Source: a virus
Strand: one strand, 5' to 3'
DNA length: 64,000 nucleotides
IMG/VR virus record: IMGVR_UViG_3300036978_000319
Span: 14,532-78,531 of that record
The notes beneath the pieces were generated by a model. That model worked only from the letters and a program-made list of their open reading frames with translations, was not told the DNA's origin and ran no database searches. Below are positions 27,710 to 37,357 of this stretch, piece after piece. Numbering within the stretch: the stretch's first letter is position 1; each line of letters begins with the position of its first letter. Position numbers and translations under genes: made by a program.

Positions 27710-28552
27710 ATGTCATTAGTCGATTGCACAGATCCTGCTTCACAGGCATGTCTTGATTCTCTAGTTAAAGAAATCAATGATGAGTTAAGTATTGCTTGCC
27801 AAATTCCATTCACAGTTCCTAAGAAGGCTCTTGTACGTATGATTAATCGTGCTAAGGAGTACTTTTACAAGATCTATGAAGATAGTGTTGAGGAAATGTT
27901 TATTGCTCTGCCAGCGGGTAGCTTTGCTAAGGATAGCTTTAGAAAGGGAATTGGCACGCCAGGCGAAGTGTTAAGCCAGGTTAATATAGAGAACAGCAGA
28001 GGCATCATAGCAATGCCGCCTCGCGTCTGGGCTGTCAATAATGTGTTTGAGATAGGCGGGTTCCAAGGAGAAGACGGTGGCTTTGGAAGTCGCAGTTTCT
28101 CGGCAGGAGATCCTGACTTTGCAATTGATAAGTTCATCTACTCCAATACATTTGGAGCAGGCATTGGTTCGGAGAACCTAATGTATTATGTCATCAATGA
28201 AATGTTTATTGACAATGCTAGGCAGATCTTGCAGCAGCAAATTTCATATTCATACAATCGCCTAACTAATAAGTTTCGCTTTCAGGGAGAACTTCCTAAA
28301 AGAGCAGTGATCTTTCAAATTTATGCAACGGTACCTGACTGTGCTCTCTACAGTGATGAAGCCTTTATTAGGTACTGTATTGCTCAGGCTAAGATTCAGT
28401 TAGCCAGGATCCTAGGTACATTTAACTATACTCTACCAGGCAACATTACTATCAACTATGATATGATTAAGAGCGAAGGTAAAGAGGAGTTGGACGCAAT
28501 CGTACAAGAAATTAAAGATGACGAGGGAGTAGACTTCCTGTACACAGGGTAA
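27710..28552 (+). CDS. Neck protein (T4 gp13-like)
   Basis: C-terminal RYCIAQAKIQLARILGTFNYTLPGNITINYDMIKSEGKEEL...FLYTG matches the gp13 pattern. Confidence 0.8.
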   Translation: MSLVDCTDPASQACLDSLVKEINDELSIACQIPFTVPKKALVRMINRAKEYFYKIYEDSVEEMFIALPAGSFAKDSFRKGIGTPGEVLSQVNIENSRGIIAMPPRVWAVNNVFEIGGFQGEDGGFGSRSFSAGDPDFAIDKFIYSNTFGAGIGSENLMYYVINEMFIDNARQILQQQISYSYNRLTNKFRFQGELPKRAVIFQIYATVPDCALYSDEAFIRYCIAQAKIQLARILGTFNYTLPGNITINYDMIKSEGKEELDAIVQEIKDDEGVDFLYTG

Positions 28553-28603
28553 CCTAAATATCATAGTAATTGAATGGGATATATAGACTAAACTACACTT
28601 CCC

Positions 28604-28966
28604 ATGTTGATGGACATCTATAATAGAGACCCGGGCTCAACTAATTACGATCCTACTAGGTTGGAGGTTAATGATGATCTATCAGAACTCATTCTTAAGA
28701 TTGAAAACACGCTATTCACGCGCAGAACAGAGGTATTAGGAGCTCCTAATTTTGGCGCTAATCTTGATGACCTAATCTTTTCTTTGGTCCTAAATGAGTC
28801 TCTTCTTGCAAATGAGATCAATGATCAAATCAACTCATACTGTGTGCCTGGTTATAGTAAGTACCGGGTAGAGACCAGGGTAAGTTTTTACAGTACGATT
28901 GAACGCGACGGCGCACTAATTGACATTTTTATTAATGATCAAAGAGTTATAGGTGCACTATTCTAA
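28604..28966 (+). CDS. Baseplate wedge protein (gp25-like)
   Basis: LFTRRTEVLGAPNFGANLDDLIF, a gp25/W signature. Confidence 0.8.
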   Translation: MLMDIYNRDPGSTNYDPTRLEVNDDLSELILKIENTLFTRRTEVLGAPNFGANLDDLIFSLVLNESLLANEINDQINSYCVPGYSKYRVETRVSFYSTIERDGALIDIFINDQRVIGALF

Positions 28967-28980
28967 AAACATCAAGGTAA

Positions 28981-30813
28981 ATGTCATTTTTTAGCAAAAC
29001 GAGAATAAGAGCAACTGAACTCTATCAAGATGCCTTCGTCTTCCTCCAGGAAAAGTATGAGCAGGGAACTGAGGTCTTTACACCTGCATCTCCATTTGGA
29101 CAGCTCTTAACCGTGACAGCTAACCTAGGAGAACTTATCTTCTATTATATTGAGGCTACTATAACAGAGCTTAACATTTTTAGGGCTCGTAACATTGAGT
29201 CGATTTATGGCCTATCCAGACTGACTGGCCATGATCCAACTAGAGGCATTTCCGCTAGAGGTATTATTGGACTTAGGCCTAACACAAGTGCATCTACTCA
29301 AGTTACAGGCAACTTTATTCAGATTAATCGCCTATCTAAGGTTAAGATCATTGATAACGGGCTAGACTACTTCATTAACTTTAATAGTGACTATATTCGT
29401 CTACAGAAAAACACACGTGAGTTTGTTAATGTTGAACTTATCCAGGGTGAAATTGAAACCCAGCAGTTCTCAGGCACCGGCGGAGCGCTACAAAGCTTTA
29501 ACGTTGTGACACGTGAGTCTACTGATAATGATCTTGTTAAAGTGACAGTTGATGGTGAACTGTACGAAACTATTGATTCACTATACGATATGGCAAAAGG
29601 TCAGCGAGCTGTCTTAACTAAGAGCAGTGTTAGTGGTGGTCTTAGCATCTTCTTTGGTAATCTGCAATTTGGCTATCCGCCGCCATTAGGATCAACTATA
29701 ATTGTTGAGTATGTTAAGACTAGAGGTGCGGCTGGTAACATCGGCGGCAAGGCAATAAGCTTTAAGTTTATTGACCCAGGCACAAATCAGAGTGGAGAAG
29801 AGATTGATCTTAATGAAATGCTCTCAGTCAATGTGGTTCGTAACCCAAACTTTGGAAGTGACACCGAGGATCCTGCATTCACTCGCCTAATTGCGCCGCG
29901 TGCTAGTCGTTCATTTGTTCTTGCTAACCCAAACAATTACATATACTATCTTAGCAAGTATGACTTCTTTTCCTTTATTGATGCCTACAATACAAAGGAT
30001 GACCAATACCTGGACGATGACAATATCATCTATCTCTTTCTCATACCTGACATTAAAAAGAAGCTAACAACTAACACAGACTATTTTAATGTTCCGGTTG
30101 GTGAGTTTGTACTGACCGAGGGAGAGAAAGAGCAGGTGATTGACATTCTAAACCAAAGCGGTCGCCAAGTTGTGACAGCTGAGGTTAGGATTAAGGATGT
30201 CATCCTTGAAAAGTATGTTCTTAATATAGTTCTTAGGTACTATGACAATGTTGATAAGGGAGAGATCTCAAATCAGATAAGAAAGAGACTTAATGACTAT
30301 TTCCTAAATGTTAATAGACGTGACAGGATACCTAGGTCAGACCTTGTGGCAATCATTGAGGGAATCACTGGGGTGGACAGTGTTAGTGTCTTTTACATAT
30401 CAGAAGAAAACGAGGCGGCTATTCGCAATGGGTATTATTTTGTCCCTGTATATGGCACCGACCCGGCCACAGATCAGCAGGTCCTAATTGAGAATAAGAA
30501 GATTATGCTGACCGAAGGCCAAGATCCGCAATTAGGTCTTGATGAATTTGGAGATGTTGTGATTGGCATTGATGAACTTGCCATAATTAGAGGTGGCTGG
30601 GAAGACAGGAATGGTAACTTCTATGAAGAGGTTCCAGCTGACAATATGCTATGTTCATTAAACATATTCTTCAAGGAGGCTATTCAGGACAACCTGTACA
30701 ACAGGACACAGCAAACCAAGTTTGATAATCTAAAGAGAACTCCAGGCACTACAATTGCAACTGGAAGACTAGCCGCTGGTTCTGCGACTACACCAAAAAC
30801 ACTAGCAGGATAG
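28981..30813 (+). CDS. Baseplate wedge protein (gp6/J-like)
   Basis: ARNIESIYGLSRLTGHDPTR, IFFGN..FGYPPPLG..I.VEYVKTRGAAGN and GSDTED...APR; follows the gp25-like gene. Confidence 0.82.
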   Translation: MSFFSKTRIRATELYQDAFVFLQEKYEQGTEVFTPASPFGQLLTVTANLGELIFYYIEATITELNIFRARNIESIYGLSRLTGHDPTRGISARGIIGLRPNTSASTQVTGNFIQINRLSKVKIIDNGLDYFINFNSDYIRLQKNTREFVNVELIQGEIETQQFSGTGGALQSFNVVTRESTDNDLVKVTVDGELYETIDSLYDMAKGQRAVLTKSSVSGGLSIFFGNLQFGYPPPLGSTIIVEYVKTRGAAGNIGGKAISFKFIDPGTNQSGEEIDLNEMLSVNVVRNPNFGSDTEDPAFTRLIAPRASRSFVLANPNNYIYYLSKYDFFSFIDAYNTKDDQYLDDDNIIYLFLIPDIKKKLTTNTDYFNVPVGEFVLTEGEKEQVIDILNQSGRQVVTAEVRIKDVILEKYVLNIVLRYYDNVDKGEISNQIRKRLNDYFLNVNRRDRIPRSDLVAIIEGITGVDSVSVFYISEENEAAIRNGYYFVPVYGTDPATDQQVLIENKKIMLTEGQDPQLGLDEFGDVVIGIDELAIIRGGWEDRNGNFYEEVPADNMLCSLNIFFKEAIQDNLYNRTQQTKFDNLKRTPGTTIATGRLAAGSATTPKTLAG

Positions 30814-30814
30814 C

Positions 30815-31084
30815 ATGCCAAGCATACAGGATAGAAGAGTTGGGTTTCCAAGCCCATACCGTAAGACATATGAACAAGGCTGGGAACTTAAGAACCTAGG
30901 CTATGACTACGGAGAAACCTTAATGAAGAGAACACTCTCTAGTTATATGTTTAGGAATCCAAATGTGGCTGAGTTTTTAACCAATCATCTACAGCCTATC
31001 ATGGTTGCATATATCAATGCGGTTAAATATATCAGAGTGTACTATAACTTTGCCGTGCCAAAATGGTACCAAAAAATTAACTAG
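30815..31084 (+). CDS. Small baseplate-associated protein
   Basis: 89-aa ORF tightly packed between the gp6-like and gp7-like genes. Confidence 0.6.
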   Translation: MPSIQDRRVGFPSPYRKTYEQGWELKNLGYDYGETLMKRTLSSYMFRNPNVAEFLTNHLQPIMVAYINAVKYIRVYYNFAVPKWYQKIN

Positions 31085-31087
31085 GAA

Positions 31088-34000
31088 ATGTCAAGATGGA
31101 GATACCTACATTTCTTTGATAAGAACGGTAAGAACTATAACTTTGATTATGATGCCGGGCAAGACATGTGGACTGGTACGGTCTACCTACCGGAGGTCTC
31201 TACCCTGCTGTTTGAAGTAGGTCAGCTTTTCATTCTTCAAGAGTTCATTAATGCCGCGACTGGTACAAGAGTATTTGGCTATCCGCATTCACCAGAAGGT
31301 AGCAATACAACACCTGGCACAGGAGGCTGTGGTTGGTTAGCACAATGGCAGACAACTGATCCAACCGAGATCTTTCTCTTTACCTTTAACCGTAACTACG
31401 TAAGTGGCATTCAGTCTGCTCTCGTTAGAGAACCTGATGGTCCGCCTCTTGAGGTCTTTGATGAAATTGAGTATGTTCTTGATAGCGATGCAGGTGACAT
31501 ACTAAGTACCGATGGGTTAGTGACAACTTCACTAGTGACAAGCGCTGCACTGCAGGTTGACTTTGCAATCAGCTCTAAGGACGAGAACACGTATAAGAGA
31601 ACACTCATCATCCGTGACACTTGCACTAATACAATTGTGGCCGAGTTTGTTATTGTTGGGGAGACGATTGGAGAGGATGAACGTCTCCGTGTTATGACAG
31701 AGAACTTGGGCTACAGTGTATTGTCTAATGACAGCCTTGTCTTCCGTGATACCGACGTTAATGAACTCCTACCTGACTGGCTTGAGGTTAATACCAAGAG
31801 AAAGGAAATGATGTTGGAGGGTCATAACATCTACACTTTCATTGGTTCATATAAGGGTCTTGTTAATGCGATTAAGTTCTTTGGTTATGATAACCTACAG
31901 ATAAAAGAGTTTTGGAAGAACGTAGATGCAACTAGTCCAAACTATGGTAAGTATATTCAGAGCAATCCAATAAGTGCGTTTGACCCTGCTCTAGTGAATT
32001 GGAACGGTGATAAAATTACACTTCCTAATAAGAAGTACCGCAAGACCAGTATGTTTAGTCTTATCTATAAGATTAACCAAATCCGGGAAGGCGAGTATGA
32101 TATTGATGACCTACCTCTAACCGAAGAGACAAGCGACTTTACTCTGGAAGAAGTCTTAATTAAACTCTTTGGGCTAAAGAGAAAGCTAGAGAAAGAGTTC
32201 CTGCCTCTCAATGCTCATATCAAGGACATTGTTGGTGAAGCCGACTTCTTTGGCTTAAATGAATTGACTAACACCATAAGCAGAAATGACACTGCAACGA
32301 TTGTGGCAGGCATGGATGTTGACTTTAGATCAATTCCAGGTGAGTGCATACAGATACAAGACCTGCGAAACATTCAGCAGCTGATTGAGAAATCAACTGG
32401 GTTTCCTGGCCAAAACATGGCAATCGGACCGTATACAACCAGTAGTGTTCCGCCACTCCCTCCTATTGGACCAGATCCCTTTGGTGTGCTAGGCGATATC
32501 ATAGATGGTGGTGACTTTACAGTTGGACAGCTTGCCGACTTTTATCTTGCCTACTTTAGCCAGTTTGCTCCTAACATTAACACTCTTGAATACATTCCAG
32601 GTCGTTCATCAAACCGGCTACCGGACCAACCTGGCATTCCTGTTGGAGCTCCAGTTGTCTTGGAGAACACTTCGTTTGGTCAGGTTACATGGGACGACAT
32701 TGACTCAACATGGGCAGCATTAAGTGGCGGAGGTGTCTACTATAACATTGACTTTGAGCCAGTTGCACCACAGGCAGGAGATGTATTTACTCTTACCGAC
32801 CCTGCCACTGGAACTGGTGCAATTTATACAGCTGTCCTTGGTGATACGGCCATCACGGTACGAAATGCAATCTTTTCACAAGTGCAGTCACTTAGGACAA
32901 GCTTTGTTAGCCCGTGGTTTACATGGAACATTTCAACCGAGTCAACCCTCTCAGGCCCGGTCATTAGAATCAATGGAGAGACGCCAAACCGTCTTATTGC
33001 AAATGTTAGTAAGGCAAACAATACAAGTACAGCACAATTTAGGGAAGAGGTGTTACCAGGCTCAATTCTTTACACTTGGGATAGCATCTTTAGAGGCAAC
33101 TTCCAGGAGATTGAGTGGACCGTCTATAAGGAAGCAACCACAGAATCACCAGAGTTCTATTACACAATAAGAGGACCTCTTACTGACTTGGATGTCCTAC
33201 CTATTGTCCTACCCTATATTGGGAACTATTCGGTTGAGATCAAACTGTTTGACCTGTACAATAACATTTCATCTAAGGTTAAGAGAGACTACATTTGCGT
33301 AGAGCCAAGAGAGGTTGAGTACTCAGGCTGGTACCAGGCTCGTAAACTTAACTACACATGGAGCAGTGAGGGTGTGTATAAGTGGAATGACTACGGTTCA
33401 TTTTGGGATCTGCCAATTGAGCCAAGTGTTACGTGGGAAGAAGAGACACCTAGCCTATACGAGTCTCTTGACATGGTAAATGCTATCCTAAACAATTTTG
33501 GAGTAGGCGCAACGCCTGACTTTACTCTTATGAACTTTCAGAGCAGTGGGGCAATTAGCTTTAGTGGCCCCTATTTTTGGAATAACCTGGATAAGGGAGA
33601 TTGGAATGACACCTATCACTTTTGGTGGGACATGACATGCCTAAGCGGAGACACTCCTGCCTTCTTTCAGTTTGCAGAGGTCATACCTAACACATACCTA
33701 CAGATCATTGATGTGAACGGTACGGTTGGACGTCACTTCTTTGGCCTAAGCCCTCTTACACTTCGGCAGGCCGTGAATGAGCTTAACCTAAGTCGCGAGC
33801 CTATCATTAGTAAGTACATTTATAACCTAGTGCTTAATGCAGTTGACCAACAAATCTACATTCAAGCCGTTGCACGCTATACGGGACGCTATGGTGACTT
33901 CCAGGATGTTGACATAGTTGATGTTAATGGTAACCGTATCTGTGCAGGGCAGTTCACTGGAAACACGACTGGAGGCTATGTGGCGCCTGGTTATATAACA

Positions 34001-34378
34001 CCCGGCTACTTTGTCAATGATGGAGGTTCAACCAGCGACTCAACTGGAACTGGGTGTGACTCGATCATCTTTAGACAGGGACAGCATATAAGTTGTAATC
34101 CTACATGGAACACGGCAAAGTTTATTAATGATGGCAAGGTACTGCCTAGAATGACATGGGCAATGTTCGTATACGACAAATGTCAAATTGCAGGAAAGGG
34201 AAAGGCCAAGTGGAGAATTAGAAATACATCTGACCCTAATGCGGGTGATATATACTTTGAAAGCAAATACTTGACTTATCTGTTCAGAGATCTGGGAAAT
34301 TATGAAATTGCACTTGAGTTGGTAGACTCAAACGGCAATCGCTATTTTAAGGAGAGGAACATATTAGTCATCGTCTAA
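31088..34378 (+). CDS. Large baseplate protein (gp7-like) with Ig/PKD-like C-terminus
   Basis: IGSYKGLVNAIKFFGY...IKEFW resembles the gp7/tail-I motif; ends in FRDLGNYEIALELVDSNGN (PKD-like). Confidence 0.65.
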   Translation: MSRWRYLHFFDKNGKNYNFDYDAGQDMWTGTVYLPEVSTLLFEVGQLFILQEFINAATGTRVFGYPHSPEGSNTTPGTGGCGWLAQWQTTDPTEIFLFTFNRNYVSGIQSALVREPDGPPLEVFDEIEYVLDSDAGDILSTDGLVTTSLVTSAALQVDFAISSKDENTYKRTLIIRDTCTNTIVAEFVIVGETIGEDERLRVMTENLGYSVLSNDSLVFRDTDVNELLPDWLEVNTKRKEMMLEGHNIYTFIGSYKGLVNAIKFFGYDNLQIKEFWKNVDATSPNYGKYIQSNPISAFDPALVNWNGDKITLPNKKYRKTSMFSLIYKINQIREGEYDIDDLPLTEETSDFTLEEVLIKLFGLKRKLEKEFLPLNAHIKDIVGEADFFGLNELTNTISRNDTATIVAGMDVDFRSIPGECIQIQDLRNIQQLIEKSTGFPGQNMAIGPYTTSSVPPLPPIGPDPFGVLGDIIDGGDFTVGQLADFYLAYFSQFAPNINTLEYIPGRSSNRLPDQPGIPVGAPVVLENTSFGQVTWDDIDSTWAALSGGGVYYNIDFEPVAPQAGDVFTLTDPATGTGAIYTAVLGDTAITVRNAIFSQVQSLRTSFVSPWFTWNISTESTLSGPVIRINGETPNRLIANVSKANNTSTAQFREEVLPGSILYTWDSIFRGNFQEIEWTVYKEATTESPEFYYTIRGPLTDLDVLPIVLPYIGNYSVEIKLFDLYNNISSKVKRDYICVEPREVEYSGWYQARKLNYTWSSEGVYKWNDYGSFWDLPIEPSVTWEEETPSLYESLDMVNAILNNFGVGATPDFTLMNFQSSGAISFSGPYFWNNLDKGDWNDTYHFWWDMTCLSGDTPAFFQFAEVIPNTYLQIIDVNGTVGRHFFGLSPLTLRQAVNELNLSREPIISKYIYNLVLNAVDQQIYIQAVARYTGRYGDFQDVDIVDVNGNRICAGQFTGNTTGGYVAPGYITPGYFVNDGGSTSDSTGTGCDSIIFRQGQHISCNPTWNTAKFINDGKVLPRMTWAMFVYDKCQIAGKGKAKWRIRNTSDPNAGDIYFESKYLTYLFRDLGNYEIALELVDSNGNRYFKERNILVIV

Positions 34379-34398
34379 TGATAAAAACAAACTAAACA

Positions 34399-35040
34399 AT
34401 GCCAATTTCAGTTACACAAATTCTTGGTACCGATTCACTGTCTGGATCTAGACTCGTGATCAATGACAACTTTAACATCCTGGCGAGTGAAATCAATGCA
34501 ATTGAGAACTACTTTAACCCGGTCGCAGGTACAATCACTAACCTAAATGATGTTAGGACTGAAAGCCTTCGTGTTGGACTTAGTACTGTTTTGCTTGACA
34601 TTAATGGTGCAACATTTGACATCCTAGCTCCAGTTAACATCAGTAACAGCAATCTTCGTATAAACAATGGAGGTCTTATTAGAAATGATATTGACCCAGT
34701 TGTTCTAAATGATGTTAACATTGTATCTCCCTTTGGTGTAGGTAACACAGGAGCACCGCCACCCTATACAATTGAAAGAGTTGGTAATGCTAGTCTTGTT
34801 ACAATTACGCTGGAGCTGTTTGAAGGGCTGATTGGTCAAGAGATCTTCTTTATGTATTCACAGGCTACAACTGGTGATGTTAACATCATTGGCGAAAGCG
34901 GTAACCCGCTCATTCTATCAGGAGGAAGCACGCTTACTCTTAACGGGCAGGGACAGACTGCTCACCTACTCTGCATAGATGATGGTACGGGCAATGGCGA
35001 TTGGTACCTAATTGGAGGAGTAGGTTACACCATATCATAA
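34399..35040 (+). CDS. Virion structural/fibre-associated protein
   Basis: N-terminal ILGTDSLSGSRLVINDNF motif is shared with the 46633 fibre; beta-rich C-terminus. Confidence 0.65.
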   Translation: MPISVTQILGTDSLSGSRLVINDNFNILASEINAIENYFNPVAGTITNLNDVRTESLRVGLSTVLLDINGATFDILAPVNISNSNLRINNGGLIRNDIDPVVLNDVNIVSPFGVGNTGAPPPYTIERVGNASLVTITLELFEGLIGQEIFFMYSQATTGDVNIIGESGNPLILSGGSTLTLNGQGQTAHLLCIDDGTGNGDWYLIGGVGYTIS

Positions 35041-35052
35041 AGTGCATCAAGT

Positions 35053-35139
35053 ACAGAATCGCGGACAATTTGTTCTTGACAAAACATTTTTAGTGGATAA
35101 ATCGTATCGCGGACAGAATCGCGGACAATTTGTACTTGA
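35053..35139 (+). repeat. Intergenic 27-bp direct repeat plus a third core copy
   Basis: ACAGAATCGCGGACAATTTGT(T/A)CTTGA at 35053-35079 and 35113-35139; core ATCGCGGACA also at 35106. Confidence 0.85.
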
Positions 35140-35188
35140 TATATGAGATTAAAGAATATGTGTAAACTAGCATGATAAACATAAATAG

Positions 35189-37303
35189 ATGGCAACCACA
35201 CCACTCATAAGAACACCTCAAGCTGACGGAGGAACCTTTTACACATTCTCGTCCGCTGCTAGAGATCTGTCCAGGACTCTTAGCAACGAGAACCTACGAC
35301 TAGTCTTCTCTAAGTTTGTGCTGCTTGATCTGCCTGACTTTGACCGCCTAGACTTTAATACGTTTAGTAGCCGGCAAAACTTTATGCAGCTTGATACAAT
35401 CGATGGCGCTATCGTTGAGGGAGGCTTACCGGCTGACCGCAATGTTATTTTTACCGAGAGTTTGCAAAACTATGCTCTCAACATTGAAGAGCTGCTTATT
35501 AGCGATGCTGCTTATGACAACACAACCAATCGTTCAGTTGCCGAGCGGGTGTTCTTTAAGTGGCTAAAGGAGACTGGCGCAATCAGATTCCGCCCAGCTA
35601 CTAATCTTGAACGAGCGGGTACCGTTACTCGCCCTCTCTTTACCGAGGAGAATAATGCGCCTATTGGTAATGTTCAGTATCGTCGTGTTGTCAAGTACAT
35701 CGGTGACATTGACATTGTGAACAACGTTGACCTAGCCGGAGAGGCTTATACCGAGGTGTACATTAATGTACCTACTGAAGTTGGCGGCACTCCTACTGTT
35801 CTATTTGATACCATTGCTGACACAAACTATCAGCCTGGTCTAAAGATTAAGGGTGACAACGAATACATACTGGGCAGGAACAGTTCATCAATTCATCCAC
35901 AAGGTCTAAATATGAAGGCCTTTTATGATTATGATAATGAACTACAAGGGTCAGGTCCGGCAGGTTACACTGACCCGGATGCAAACTGGATGAATGAGTC
36001 AACTCCACCGTCCACAACTAATGCATACTTTACCGAGCCGGTAACATTTACTGATGCCACTAGTGTTAACATTCAGAAGTACCCGGCCGACTATGATAAC
36101 CCTCCAGGATTTTCTCCGGTTGCATACATAAGAAACCGCCTGGATGGTATCTCGCTTGACTTTAACGCAAGTGACTATCAACAGATTGTACAAGATCCAA
36201 GTATTAGCACAATTGCGCAGTACAATGGCACTGACCTAGCTAGCAATTTTGAGTTCAATGCAGTCCTGGTGTACTATGACATGGTTGATATGAGTAACCA
36301 GTCTAATACTGTCACTAATCTATATGGCATTCTACTCCTGGATAACATCACGCCGACTAATGATGGTGGGTACATTCAGCGATATCCTAAGTTTAAGCCT
36401 AATAAGATCACAGGACAGAACGGTAACTCTTTTGGGTTTAAGCTCAACCTAAGATTTGATGCTTCTCCTGGCACAGCCGGGATTGACACTATTGTGAATG
36501 ACTATAACACATTCTCAATGGGTCTCTTTTCTGATGCAACTGCGCAGCTGCAAGAATCAGCTAGGATCTTTCAGAGACAGCAGCTTGAGCTATCAGAGCT
36601 TACACAAAGAGTACAAGGCCTGGAAAATGCAATTAGCGCAGTTAGTCAGACAGTATTCCTACAAGAGCAGATCAATAGTCTACAGACACAGCTTAATCAG
36701 GCAAACCTTGCCTTTGCAGATGGTGCTACCCTGCTTGACCTGATTGCACGAAATGCTGATGAGATACAGGCTCTTGCAAATGGCCAGGTTTCAACAACCT
36801 TACAGTACAACACTGATGTGGTAAGACAGGGAACAGGCATTGTTGTTGATAAGACGGTTCCTAACCAGATCACACTCTCACTGGGCGTGCAAGAGTACTC
36901 CTTTATGAGTGCATTTGACCTAAACGGTATTGAGATCACTGTTAATAATCCTCTTAACCTAAGTGTGGCTACACCACAAGCATACACCGAACTCTTATCT
37001 TACACTAATATGTTAAGGCTTGACACGGTTAACCAGGCTGGTGGAGATCTTAGAATCTATATTGATGACACTGACATCCAATGGAAGAAGGGCCAAACTA
37101 TTAGGCTTGCATTCACAGGCGGTATTAATATGGGTAGTCGTAACATTAGAGTGTTTACCGATGCGCCTGGGCGACTAAACTCAGGTTCATACGGAGTACA
37201 AGCTGCGCTTATCAGCAATGCAGAGATAAGCACAAACCCAATTATTGAAATCATCTGTACCGAACAAGGTATATTGAGCTTTGTATATGATGTGATAAAA
37301 TAG
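35189..37303 (+). CDS. Virion structural protein with coiled coil
   Basis: 704 aa in the structural cluster; heptad region around aa 450-530. Confidence 0.65.
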   Translation: MATTPLIRTPQADGGTFYTFSSAARDLSRTLSNENLRLVFSKFVLLDLPDFDRLDFNTFSSRQNFMQLDTIDGAIVEGGLPADRNVIFTESLQNYALNIEELLISDAAYDNTTNRSVAERVFFKWLKETGAIRFRPATNLERAGTVTRPLFTEENNAPIGNVQYRRVVKYIGDIDIVNNVDLAGEAYTEVYINVPTEVGGTPTVLFDTIADTNYQPGLKIKGDNEYILGRNSSSIHPQGLNMKAFYDYDNELQGSGPAGYTDPDANWMNESTPPSTTNAYFTEPVTFTDATSVNIQKYPADYDNPPGFSPVAYIRNRLDGISLDFNASDYQQIVQDPSISTIAQYNGTDLASNFEFNAVLVYYDMVDMSNQSNTVTNLYGILLLDNITPTNDGGYIQRYPKFKPNKITGQNGNSFGFKLNLRFDASPGTAGIDTIVNDYNTFSMGLFSDATAQLQESARIFQRQQLELSELTQRVQGLENAISAVSQTVFLQEQINSLQTQLNQANLAFADGATLLDLIARNADEIQALANGQVSTTLQYNTDVVRQGTGIVVDKTVPNQITLSLGVQEYSFMSAFDLNGIEITVNNPLNLSVATPQAYTELLSYTNMLRLDTVNQAGGDLRIYIDDTDIQWKKGQTIRLAFTGGINMGSRNIRVFTDAPGRLNSGSYGVQAALISNAEISTNPIIEIICTEQGILSFVYDVIK

Positions 37304-37357
37304 GCGGGTGATATATAAACCACAGTATTACACTGTGGTGCTGACTAAACATATCAA

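Noticed and set aside
35053-35139. Mini-CRISPR (27-bp repeats with a 33-bp spacer)
   Set aside because: There are only two copies, the spacer itself contains part of the repeat core, there is no clear palindrome, and no cas genes are present. Kept as an unexplained repeat.
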